A stretch of DNA of 18,958 nt from Eledone cirrhosa (Eukaryota): assembly GCA_964016885.1 (NCBI GenBank), contig CAXHJY010000250.1, positions 1-18,958 of the forward strand. Direction: 5' to 3'. The stretch's first letter is position 1; the number at the start of each line of letters is the position of its first letter. The translations under genes were made by a program, and so were the position numbers. Below are positions 1 to 10,764 of this stretch, piece after piece. A model generated the notes under the pieces. It saw only the letters and a list, made by a program, of their open reading frames with translations, was not told the origin of the DNA and ran no database searches.

Positions 1-926
1 TGTCCACTATTTCTATAGAACCCTCTGCGCAATTGAAAGAGCTAGTATTTTGTCGGCACTTGCTGCTACTTATTGCACCAGAGCACTGGCCACATGTAAA
101 ATCTATGTTCTTAGTTAGCTTACCTGTGATCCCACTACATCTTTTATGCACCCATACTTTGCATTTGGGACACAAAATGGAGTTTCTACCTACGCCTTTC
201 CTACACACTGAGCATGGCCACTTCCCGGAAGGGACCGGTCATCTGCGTATAGGAGTTCCCATGGGCAACCGGTCTTGAACTCCTCTGTTATAGCCTGAAG
301 GGCAATAATAAATAGTAGGGGGCTGAGAACAGAGCCCTGATGGACGCCAACTTTTACGCTAAACTCTTCATTATATTCGTTGTTAATTCTAACCTTGCTG
401 ACTGTTTCTTTATACATGGCTTGTATAGCTCTCACAAGCCATTCATCAACACCTAGTTTTCCAAGAGCCCACCAGATAATGGAACGGGGTACTCTGTCGA
501 AGGCTTTCTCCAAGTCGACAAAAGCTAAGTATAGGGGTTTACTTTTAGCTAGGTACTTCTCCTGTAGTTGTCGTACAATGAAAAGAGCGTCTGTGGTACT
601 TTTGCCTGACACAAACCCGAACTGCATTTCATCTAGATCAATTCTCTCTCTGATTAGTTGCGCTATTACTTTTTCCATGACCTTCATGACCTGGTCGATT
701 AATTTAATGCCTCTATAGTTACTCCTATCTAGGGCATCTCCTTTACCCTTATAACAGTTAACGATGATGCTGCTACGCCAGTCCTTCGGAACAACCCCAT
801 TCTGTATGACTTGGTTAACTATCCGGGTGACCATGGTGTGTCCCACCGTACCAGATGCCTTCAGCATCTCGGCAACTATTTCCGAAGGCCCAGCCGCCTT
901 ACCCATCTTCGTATCTTTGATTGCCT

Positions 927-929
<3 letters not shown>
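1..929 (-). mobile_element. RTE-clade LINE fragment (RT domain + PHD-like finger), 5'-truncated, internally deleted, runs off the window edge
   Basis: ORF 190..984(-) reads [49 protein letters not shown]. Homology to the + copy starts at ~929. About 136 bp after YADD are missing (junction 236/237), causing a frameshift. The shifted frame gives KWPCSVC...WVHKRC...CGQC. Confidence 0.93.
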
Positions 930-964
<35 letters not shown>

Positions 965-1360
965 GCATATATATGTATATACATATATATATATATACAT
1001 TATATATGCATATATATGTATATACATATATATATATATACATTATATATGCATATATATGTATATACATATATATATATATACATTATATATGCATATA
1101 TATGTATATACATATATATATATACATATATATTATATATGCATGTATATGTACATACATATATATATATATGCATATATATATATGCATATATGTATAT
1201 ATAGATATATATGCATATATATGTATATACATATATACATATATATATATATATGCATATATATGTATATACATATATATATACACGCATGTATATGTAT
1301 ATAAACATATATGCATATATATGTATATACCTATATACATATATATATATGCATATATAC

Positions 1361-1397
<37 letters not shown>

Positions 1398-1472
1398 TAT
1401 ATATATGTATATATATGTATATATGCATATATATATATATATATATATATGTATATGTATATATGCATATAT
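930..1472. repeat. Compound (TA)n microsatellite with TACA/TGCA/TGTA interruptions and a 43-bp higher-order period
   Basis: Almost pure alternating purine/pyrimidine. The block CATTATATATGCATATATATGTATATAC recurs at 998, 1041 and 1084. Confidence 0.97.
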
Positions 1473-1475
1473 CCG

Positions 1476-3602
1476 GAATGTGTATCCGGAATGATAAAGG
1501 TGAGCTTGCCTCACAAGTGCTGAGAAGAAAGATGCATGGAAGAGTCATTATGATAGATTACTAAATGAGGAGAATGCATGGGAAGAAGAGACCCTACTCC
1601 AAGTAGACCCTATAGAGGGGCCAGCAGTACAAGTCAGCAGCAGCGTAGTAAGTAAGGCAATCAAAGATATGAAGATGGGGAAGGCAACCGGTCCATCGGG
1701 TATAGTTGCCGAGATGCTGAAGGCATCTTGGTCTGTAGGTCACACTATAACCACACGTATTGTTAACCAGGTAATACTAGAAGGTGTCAAACCAAAAGAT
1801 TGGTGCAGTAGCATCATTGTCAACTGCTACAAAGGTAAAGGTGATGCACTAGATGGAGGAAACTATAGAGGTATAAAGATGATGGACCAGGTCATGAAAG
1901 TAACAGAAAGAGTTGTAGCACAGTTGATTAGGGACCGGGTGAAACTAGACGAGATGCAATTTGGGTTTGTACCAGGAAGAGGCACCACTGATGCCCTCTT
2001 CCTTGTCAGGCAGTTACAGGCAAAGTACCTAACAAAAAGTAAGCCACTCTACCTGGCATTTGTCGACCTTGAGAAAGCCTTTGACAGAGTTCCACGTGCT
2101 GCAATCTGGTGGGCTCTTAGAAAAGTAGGAGTAGATGAATGGCTTGTGAAAGCGGTACAAGCCATGTATAGGGGAGCAGTCAGCAAAGTTAGGATTAGCA
2201 ATGAGTATAGCGAGGAATTTAGCGTACAGATTGGGGTCCACCAGGGCTCTGATCTTAGCCACCTCTTGTTCATCATAGTCCTACAGGCAATAACGGAGGA
2301 GTTTAAGACCGGATGCCCATGGGAACTCCTGTATGCTGATGACCTCGCACTTATAGCTGAATCTATAGTAGAACTAGAGAAGAAATTCCAAACTTGGAAG
2401 CAGGGACTAGAAAGAAAGGGTCTCAATGTCAACCTGACAAAGACTAAGGTCCTTGTAAGTAGACGAGAAAACAGAACCCAGATCCCCTCAGGGAAATGGC
2501 CTTGCTCAGTATGTAGGAAAGGTATAGGTAGGAACTCCATTCTCTGCCCCAAATGCAAACAATGGGTACTCAAGAGATGTAGCGGGATCTCAGGAAGTTT
2601 AATTAAGAATGTAGGCTTCACATGCAGCAGCTGTGCTGGGACAGCAAGCAGCAAACAGCCACAGAAAACAAGTACCACCAATCTCTGGGAGGGCTCTGTA
2701 TAAACAGTAGACAGCTTCTGCTACCTAGTTGACCGAATTAGCAGCGGAGGTGGGTGTTCAGAAAGTACAATAACTAGGGTAAGAATGGGATGGAAGAAGT
2801 TTAGGGAACTACTACCACTGCTAGCTGCAAAAGGCTTCTCCCTCAAAATGAAAGGCAGACTGTATGATGCGTGTATCCGAACATCGATGTTGCATGGTAG
2901 TGAGACCTGGGCACTGAAGGTGGAAGACTTACGTAGATTAGAGAGAAACGAAGCCTGCATGCTCCGATGTGTGTGTAATAGTAATATACGCGAACGACAA
3001 AGCATAAATGAGTTGAGAGAGAGACTGAGCATAAGAGGAATCAAATGCTGTGTGCAGGAGAGGCGGTTGTATTGGTATGGACATGTGATGCATATGAAGG
3101 ATGACAGCTGCATAAAAAGGTGCAGAGCACTAGAAGTCGATGGAAATCGCGGAGTGGGGAGACCCAAGATGACCTGGGATGAGGTGATAAAAGCCGACCT
3201 TACCCAATTACACCTCTCAAAGGCGATGACACAGGACCGTGACCTCTGGCGTCACGCAGTAATACAGAGTACCCAACCGCCCATGGGTACAAGCTGAAGC
3301 ATATAGACAATATGCCCCCACACCCCCCACTGCAAGGTGGTTGTGGAGGTGCCACACCAAAAAAGCACCTAGCCCACACTGTAAAGTGGACGTGTAGGCG
3401 CCACGAAAAAGCACCCAGCACTCACTGTAAATGAGGTTGGTGTTAGGAAGGGCATCCAGCTGTAGAAATCAAGCCAAATCAGTTCCTGTATGAGGAAGGC
3501 ATGGTCAGCCGACCAGACACTGCCCACAACAGGACATCCCGTCTAACCCATGCTAGCGTGGAAGAACGGACGTAAAACGGTGATGATGATGATGATGATG
3601 AT
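1476..3602 (+). mobile_element. RTE-clade LINE, 5'-truncated (RT, C-terminal domain, 3' UTR, (GAT)n tail)
   Basis: Continuous RTE-like ORF homology from ~1478 to 3297. The 3' UTR contains GGTTGGTGTTAGGAAGGGCATCCAGC and a terminal stem-loop, followed by a (GAT)n tail at ~3581-3602. Confidence 0.95.
1478..3297 (+). pseudogene. Disrupted RTE reverse transcriptase ORF (frameshift ~1510, premature TAA at 2701)
   Basis: [10 protein letters not shown] shifts to [22 protein letters not shown], which is in frame with ORF 1669..2703. TAA at 2701 corresponds to GAA in the minus copy. The same frame continues (TVDSFCYL...) into ORF 2785..3297 (LHGSETW, RRLYWYGHV, GRPKMTW, DRDLWR). Confidence 0.92.
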
Positions 3603-4229
3603 ATATCAATAGAGAGAGAGACATATGTTTCCTTCTAATCAATTATACTGACTGCCTATAAATTTGCAGCCTTGTCACATTATATCAACATCATCGTCAT
3701 CATGATGGTCAGATTTGATATCTTAATTATCAATTTTCTGGCCGGCAGCAAATTATTTGGGTTCCTACGAAGATACCACAACACTAATAACAACACCAAT
3801 AACAACAATAATTACAATAATAGCAGCTTAAGGCAATGAAAATGAAAAAGAAATAAAATAATTATTTGTTGAAAAAAAATAATAGAAGATTGAAACAACA
3901 TTGTTTAGTATGCTAGGGTTGCAAAGAATTTTCTTTTGATTGTCAGAGAAGATGAGAAAATGTTTGGTGGAATATTGGCACCAGCTTGGCTTGAGGCAAT
4001 ATGGAAGCAATAGATATGGCAATGGAAACATATTAGTGGAGATAGAAGCCTAGTTGGAGATAAGAATCAATAGAATTATGTCAGGGTTAGTTGGAATATA
4101 TTGCATTCTAGCGATACACTATAAAACTGTAACATGGAATAAACACATTGGTCGTATCTGGTTTACAATATGTATACTGTATACTAGTAAATTGTAAGAG
4201 CCGATTAAAAGGTTTGGCATCAGGAAAAA

Positions 4230-4580
4230 CATCATCATCATCATCATCATCGTTTTATGTCTGTTGTTTACAAGGGTTGAAGATGTCCTTCTCAGTACAG
4301 AATCTCTCCTCTTGTCAACTCCTCCATGAGCTTTAGCGATCTGAGATCAGATCTCATCACTTCCATCCAGGTCTTCCTTAGACTTCATCTATTGTGGCTT
4401 CCTTCCACTGAGATTATTTGGCACTTCTTCAGCCCAGTGATCATCATCCATGTGCATCACATGTTCATACCAGTGCAGTCTCCTCTCCTGCTCACAACTT
4501 CCCATTCCTCTTATACCCAGTTTCCCCCTCAGTCCATCTTTGTTGTTCTCACCTATTAACATGGCACAACCTTGCAATGA
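4230..4580 (-). mobile_element. Old RTE LINE 3' fragment with most of the 3' UTR deleted
   Basis: (CAT)n tail at 4230-4251 followed by GTTTTATGTC. ORF 4389..4577(-) contains LRGKLGIRG...QERRLHWYEHVMHMDD, matching the RTE C-terminus. Confidence 0.8.
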
Positions 4581-5078
4581 GTATAATTAACCCCTCCTTT
4601 AGCAAAATGACTTTGTTGTTGTTGTGTAAAATGTGACAAACATTTCTCAAATATAGATACAATGGTACCTACATACGGGAGGGCGTGTGTTATTAAGAAA
4701 ATTTTAAAATATTCCTTGGCAGACCCGTCCCATGCTAAATCAGATATATGGAAAAATCCCAAATGTAAATGCATGAATGATTGAATATTGTATAAATGTT
4801 GCTGGTCACTGCTTCCATGCAAAAGATGTGAAGCTTTCAGACCTGTGGAGATCTCCCCTAACAGAAAGCTCAGATATCAGGATACCATAGCATGATGCAT
4901 TGGAATTGACAAGGATGACCTACAAACATTGATGGGAAAAGAGAGTCTGTTGGGAGGAAATTGTGCTTGTTATCTCAGTGGAGACTTCCAGTGTTCTTGG
5001 CTGTTTGGTCATATTGAGTGTAGAGGAGAAGTGTCTTTTGACACATATGTATACATATTTCAGGACATGTATGTGTGG

Positions 5079-5218
5079 GAGAGAGACAGAGAGAGAGAGA
5101 GGGGGATACAGAGAGAGAGAGAGAGAGGGGAGAAAGAGAGGGGAGAAAGAGAGAGAAAGGAAGAGAGAGAGAGAGAAAGGAAGAGAGGGAGAGAGAAATA
5201 GAGAGAGAGAGAGAGAAA
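5079..5218. repeat. Imperfect (GA)n polypurine microsatellite
   Basis: About 140 bp of nearly pure G/A. Confidence 0.95.
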
Positions 5219-5298
5219 TGAGAAGAATTAAGCCCAGTAGTTTATCAATGCTAGAAAGACAAAAATAATAAATTTAGTTATTAATCATTATTTTATGC

Positions 5299-5414
5299 AG
5301 TTCAAATTCCGCCGAGGTTAACTTTGCCTTACATCCTTACGGGGTCGATAAAATAAAGTACCAGTAATGTACTGGATATTTGCTGGCCTTGTGCCAAAAG
5401 TAGAAACAATTATT
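5299..5414 (+). mobile_element. tRNA-derived SINE fragment (B box + conserved Meta-domain-like core + AT-rich end)
   Basis: B-box-like GTTCAAATTCC, then TTTGCCTTACATCCTTACGGGGTCGATAAAATAAAGTACCAG, recalled as the conserved central domain of a widespread metazoan/octopus SINE group. The family assignment is from memory. Confidence 0.7.
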
Positions 5415-5587
5415 TTATGCAGCTGTAATTTTGTCAACTTCATTCTTGTACACAATTTCTTGTGCACATGTACCATACTTTTTGAAGTACTAGAATTTTT
5501 TCTATATGCTGATGCATGTGTGTGTATGTCTGTGTATGTGCATAAGCATACATTTATATGTATGAGTATATAAATATAAAAGTGCAA

Positions 5588-5731
5588 ACACAGACACACA
5601 AAAATACATACTCACAGACATACATTCACACACATACATTCACACAAACATACATTCAGACAAAAACACACATACACTCACACACAGTGTAGGTTTTTCA
5701 CCATCCCCTTACTTCCTTTTACACACACACA
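5588..5731. repeat. Degenerate (CA)-rich microsatellite
   Basis: CACA/CATACA runs with a repeated ACATACATTCAC(A) motif. Confidence 0.8.
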
Positions 5732-5912
5732 TATATTCATGCAGGCAGCAGACATAAAGAGAGAGGAGTAGTATGAGGTAGTCAAATTAGTCACAGAAAT
5801 TTGTATATAGATATAACAACTTTAAAATAGCTTAGTATCATAGAATGAAGGTACCAACTAAGCAGTTTGTCATCAAATATTTAGCAAAGACATGTCTTCT
5901 CAACCTTATTCC

Positions 5913-8900
5913 TGGGTGGAATGTGGGAGCTGAGTCGTCAAACTACTGGGTGGGATGTGGGAGCTGAGTTGTCATGGGTGGGATGTGGGAGCTGAGTCGT
6001 CAAACTACTGGGTGGGATGTGGGAGCTGAGTTGTCATGGGTGGGATGTGGGAGCTGAGTCGTCAAACTACTGGGTGGGATGTGGGAGCTGAGTCATCAAA
6101 CTACTGGGTGGGATGTGGGAGCTGAGTTGTCAAGCTACTGGGTGGGATGTGGGAGCTGAGTTGTCAAGCTACTGGGTGGGATGTGGGAGCTGAGTCGTCA
6201 AGCTACTGGGTGGGATGTGGGAGCTGAGTCGTCATGGGTGGGATGTGGGAGCTGAGTCGTCATGGGTGGGATGTGGGAGCTGAGTCGTCATGGGTGGGAT
6301 GTGGGAGCTGAGTCGTCATGGGTGGGATGTGGGAGCTGAGTTGTCATGGGTGGGATGTGGGAGCTGAGTCGTCAAACTACTGGGTGGGATGTGGGAGCTG
6401 AGTCGTCAAACTACTGGGTGGGATGTGGGAGCTGAGTTGTCAAGCTACTGGGTGGGATGTGGGAGCTGAGTCATCAAACTACTGGGTGGGATGTGGGAGC
6501 TGAGTCGTCAAACTACTGGGTGGGATGTGGGAGCTGAGTCGTCAAACTACTGGGTGGGATGTGGGAGCTGAGTTGTCTAGCTACTGGGTGGGATGTGGGA
6601 GCTGAGTCGTCAAACTACTGGGTGGGATGTGGGAGCTGAGTTGTCAAGCTACTGGGTGGGATGTGGGAGCTGAGTTGTCAAACTACTGGGTGGGATGTGG
6701 GAGCTGAGTCGTCAAACTACTGGGTGGGATGTGGGAGCTGAGTTGTCAAGCTACTGGGTGGGATGTGGGAGCTGAGTCGTCAAACTACTGGGTGGGATGT
6801 GGGAGCTGAGTCGTCATGGGTGGGATGTGGGAGCTGAGTCGTCAAGCTACTGGGTGGGATGTGGGAGCTGAGTCGTCAAACTAATGGGTGGGATGTGGGA
6901 GCTGAGTCGTCAAGCTACTGGGTGGGATGTGGGAGCTGAGTCGTCAAGCTACTGGGTGGGATGTGGGAGCTGAGTCGTCAAGCTACTGGGTGGGATGTGG
7001 GAGCTGAGTCGTCATGGGTGGGATGTGGGAGCTGAGTCGTCAAGCTACTGGGTGGGATGTGGGAGCTGAGTCGTCATGGGTGGGATGTGGGAGCTGAGTC
7101 GTCAAACTACTGGGTGGGATGTGGGAGCAGAGTCGTCAAACTACTGGGTGGGATGTGGGAGCTGAGTTGTCAAACTACTGGGTGGGATGTGGGAGCTGAG
7201 TCGTCAAACTACTGGGTGGGATGTGGGAGCAGAGTCGTCAAACTACTGGGTGGGATGTGGGAGCTGAGTCGTCATGGGTGGGATGTGGGAGCTGAGTCGT
7301 CAAACTACTGGGTGGGATGTGGGAGCAGAGTCGTCAAACTACTGGGTGGGATGTGGGAGCTGAGTTGTCAAACTACTGGGTGGGATGTGGGAGCTGAGTC
7401 GTCATGGGTGGGATGTGGCAGCTGAGTCGTCAAGCTACTGGGTGGGATGTGGGAGCTGAGTCGTCAAGCTACTGGGTGGGATGTGGGAGCTGAGTTGTCA
7501 ATCTACTGGGTGGGATGTGGGAGCTGAGTCGTCATGGGTGGGATGTGGGAGCTGAGTCGTCATGGGTGGGATGTGGGAGCTGAGTCGTCAAACTACTGGG
7601 TGGGATGTGGGAGCTGAGTCGTCAAACTACTGGGTGGGATGTGGGAGCAGAGTCGTCAACCTACTGGGTGGGATGTGGGAGCTGAGTTGTCAAACTACTG
7701 GGTGGGATGTGGGAGCTGAGTCGTCAAACTACTGGGTGGGATGTGGGAGCAGAGTCGTCAACCTACTGGGTGGGATGTGGGAGCTGAGTTGTCAAACTAC
7801 TGGGTGGGATGTGGGAGCTGAGTCGTCATGGGTGGGATGTGGGAGCTGAGTCGTCAAACTACTGGGTGGGATGTGGGAGCTGAGTCGTCAAGCTACTGGG
7901 TGGGATGTGGGAGCAGAGTCGTCAAGCTACTGGGTGGGATGTGGTAGCTGAGTCGTCAAGCTACTGGGTGGGATGTGGGAGCTGAGTCGTCATGGGTGAG
8001 ATGTGGGAGCTGAGTCGTCAAGCTACTGGGTGGGATGTGGGAGCTGAGTCGTCATGGGTGGGATGTGGGAGCTGAGTCGTCAAACTACTGGGTGGGATGT
8101 GGGAGCAGAGTCGTCAAGCTACTGGGTGGGATGTGGGAGCAGAGTCGTCAAACTACTGGGTGGGATGTGGGAGCTGAGTCGTCATGGGTGGGATGTGGGA
8201 GCTGAGTCGTCAAGCTACTGGGTGGGATGTGGGAGCTGAGTCGTCAAACTACTGGGTGGGATGTGGCAGCTGAGTCGTCAAGCTACTGGGTGGGATGTGG
8301 GAGCTGAGTCGTCATGGGTGGGATGTGGGAGCTGAGTCGTCATGGGTGGGATGTGGGAGCTGAGTCGTCAAGCTACTGGGTGGGATGTGGGAGCTGAGTC
8401 GTCATGGGTGGGATGTGGGAGCAGAGTCGTCAAGCTACTGGGTGGGATGTGGGAGCAGAGTCGTCAAGCTACTGGGTGGGATGTGGTAGCTGAGTCGCCA
8501 AGCTACTGGGTGGGATGTGGGAGCTGAGTCGTCATGGGTGGGATGTGGGAGCTGAGTCGTCAAACTACTGGGTGGGATGTGGGAGCTGAGTCGTCAAACT
8601 ACTGGGTGGGATGTGGGAGCTGAGTCGTCAAGCTACTGGGTGGGATGTGGCAGCTGAGTCGTCAAGCTACTGGGTGGGATGTGGGAGCTGAGTCATCAAG
8701 CTACTGGGTGGGATGTGGGAGCTGAGTCGTCAAGCTACTGGGTGGGATGTGGGAGCTGAGTCGTCATGGGTGGGATGTGGGAGCTGAGTCGTCAAGCTAC
8801 TGGGTGGGATGTGGGAGCTGAGTCGTCAAGCTACTGGGTGGGATGTGGGAGCTGAGTCGTCATGGGTGGGATGTGGGAGCTGAGTCGTCAAACTACTGGG

Positions 8901-10577
8901 TGGGATGTGGGAGCTGAGTCGTCATGGGTGGGATGTGGGAGCTGAGTCGTCAAGCTAATGGGTGGGATGTGGGAGCTGAGTCGTCATGGGTGGGATGCGG
9001 GAGCAGAGTCGTCAAGCTAATGGGTGGGATGTGGGAGCTGAGTTGTCAAGCTACTGGGTGGGATGCGGGAGCAGAGTCGTCAAGCTACTGGGTGGGATGT
9101 GGGAGCTGAGTCGTCATGGGTGGGATGTGGGAGCTGAGTCGTCAAGCTACTGGGTGGGATGTGGGAGCTGAGTCGTCAAACTACTGGGTGGGATGTGGGA
9201 GCTGAGTCGTCAAGCTACTTGGTAGGATGTGGCAGCTGAGTCGTCAAGCTACTGGGTGGGATGTGGGAGCTGAGTCGTCAAACTACTGGGTGGGATGTGG
9301 CAGCTGAGTCGTCAAGCTACTGGGTGGGATGTGGGAGCTGAGTTGTCAAACTACTGGGTGGGATGTGGGAGCTGAGTCGTCATGGGTGGGATGTGGAAGC
9401 TGAGTCGTCAAGCTACTGGGTGGGATGTGGGAGCAGAGTCGTCAAGCTACTGGGTGGGATGTGGGAGCTGAGTCGTCAAGCTACTGGGTGGGATGTGGGA
9501 GCTGAGTCGTCATGGGTGGGATGTGGGAGCTGAGTCGTCAAACTACTGGGTGGGATGTGGGAACTGAGTCGTCAAACTACTGGGTGGGATGTGGGAGCTG
9601 AGTTGTCAAACTACTGGGTGGGATGTGGGAGCTGAGTCGTCATGGGTGGGATGTGGGAGCTGAGTCGTCAAGCTACTGGGTGGGATGTGGGAGCTGAGTC
9701 GTCATGGGTGGGATGTGGGAGCTGAGTCGTCAAACTACTGGGTGGGATGTGGGAGCTGAGTCGTCAAACTACTGGGTGGGATGTGGGAGCTGAGTTGTCA
9801 AACTACTGGGTGGGATGTGGGAGCTGAGTCGTCAAGCTACTGGGTGGGATGTGGGAGCAGAGTCGTCAAGCTACTGGGTGGGATGTGGGAGCAGAGTCGT
9901 CAAGCTACTGGGTGGGATGTGGGAGCAGAGTCGTCAAGCTACTGGGTGGGATGTGGGAGCTGAGTCGTCAAGCTAATGGGTGGGATGTGGGAGCTGAGTC
10001 GTCATGGGTGGGATGTGGGAGCTGAGTCGTCAAACTACTGGGTGGGATGTGGGAGCTGAGTCGTCAAACTACTGGGTGGGATGTGGGAGCTGAGTCGTCA
10101 AACTACTGGGTGGGATGTGGGAGCTGAGTCGTCAAACTACTGGGTGGGATGTGGGAGCTGAGTCGTCAAGCTACTGGGTGGTATGTGGGAGCTGAGTCGT
10201 CATGGGTGGGATGCGGGAGCAGAGTCGTCAAGCTACTGGGTGGGATGTGGGAGCTGAGTCGTCATGGGTGGGATGTGGGAGCTGAGTCGTCAAGCTACTG
10301 GGTGGGATGTGGGAGCTGAGTCATCATGGGTGGGATGCGGGAGCAGAGTCGTCAAGCTACTGGGTGGGATGTGGGAGCTGAGTCGTCATGGGTGGGATGC
10401 GGGAGCAGAGTCGTCAAGCTACTGGGTCGGATGTGGGAGCTGAGTCGTCATGGGTGGGATGCGGGAGCAGAGTCGTCAAGCTACTGGGTGGGATGTGGGA
10501 GCTGAGTCGTCATGGGTAGGATGTGGGAGCTGAGTCGTCAAGCTACTGGGTGGGATGCGGGAGCAGAGTTGTCAAAC
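5913..10577 (+). repeat. G-rich minisatellite, roughly 145 units of 28 bp (TGGGTGGGATGTGGGAGCTGAGTCGTCA) or 34 bp (+A[A/G]CTAC)
   Basis: Unit starts at 5947, 5975 (28 bp) and 6009 (34 bp). Uninterrupted over ~4.67 kb with few substitutions. The unit count is an estimate. Confidence 0.99.
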
Positions 10578-10641
10578 ACTTCTTCCAGCAGGTCCTGTCA
10601 AAAGCAACTTGGATGTTATCCAACCATCTTTCTCACGGTTG
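10578..10641 (-). mobile_element. Remnant C-terminus of an RTE-like LINE ORF, continuous with the last minisatellite unit
   Basis: Minus strand reads QP*ERWLDNIQVAFDRTCWKKCL then TTLLPHPTQ into the repeat, resembling the RPR.RW.D.I / A.DR..W end of RTE ORFs. Confidence 0.5.
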
Positions 10642-10643
10642 AT

Positions 10644-10764
10644 TTTGACAATATATAAACAACCTTATGCTTATCGAACCAACCAACCGGAAACGTATAA
10701 TAAATTGAAGTGAAAACCAACAGGTGCGTGTGTTTTTATTGGCAACATGACCCTCCCAAAGTAT

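Noticed and set aside
764-1564. Tyr/Ile-rich ORFs (also near 13326-13532, 15086-15307, 15482-16095, 18724-18921)
   Set aside because: Translations of (TA)n microsatellites, which lack stop codons.
2049-3167. Antisense ORFs over the RTE copies (also 33..278, 380..718, 13518..13892)
   Set aside because: Shadow frames of the LINE coding strand with no independent motifs.
4705-4930. Further very old RTE/SINE remnants (CCCGTCCCATGCTA..., AAAAGATGTGAAGC...)
   Set aside because: Resemblance is too short and degenerate to delimit by eye.
4929-5268. Arg/Glu-rich ORFs
   Set aside because: Translation of the (GA)n tract.
7057-9963. ORFs with repeated MWELS/GWDVGAES/WVGCGS peptides
   Set aside because: Unit lengths 28 and 34 shift the frame each unit, with a TGA every third unit. 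Longer ORFs arise only where the GCAGAG variant removes the stop.
5913-10577. CRISPR-like array
   Set aside because: No unique spacers: the units abut or are separated by one near-invariant 6-mer. No cas genes, and the context is eukaryotic.
10540-10610. Host exon on the minus strand (TTTTGACAG acceptor, DLLEEVFDNSAP...)
   Set aside because: No recognisable protein. Another frame of the same sequence fits the RTE C-terminus better.
10660-10704. Second hammerhead around CAACCGGAAACGT in the Penelope 1 terminus
   Set aside because: GAAAC and a partial stem are present, but neither copy retains a CTGANGA box.
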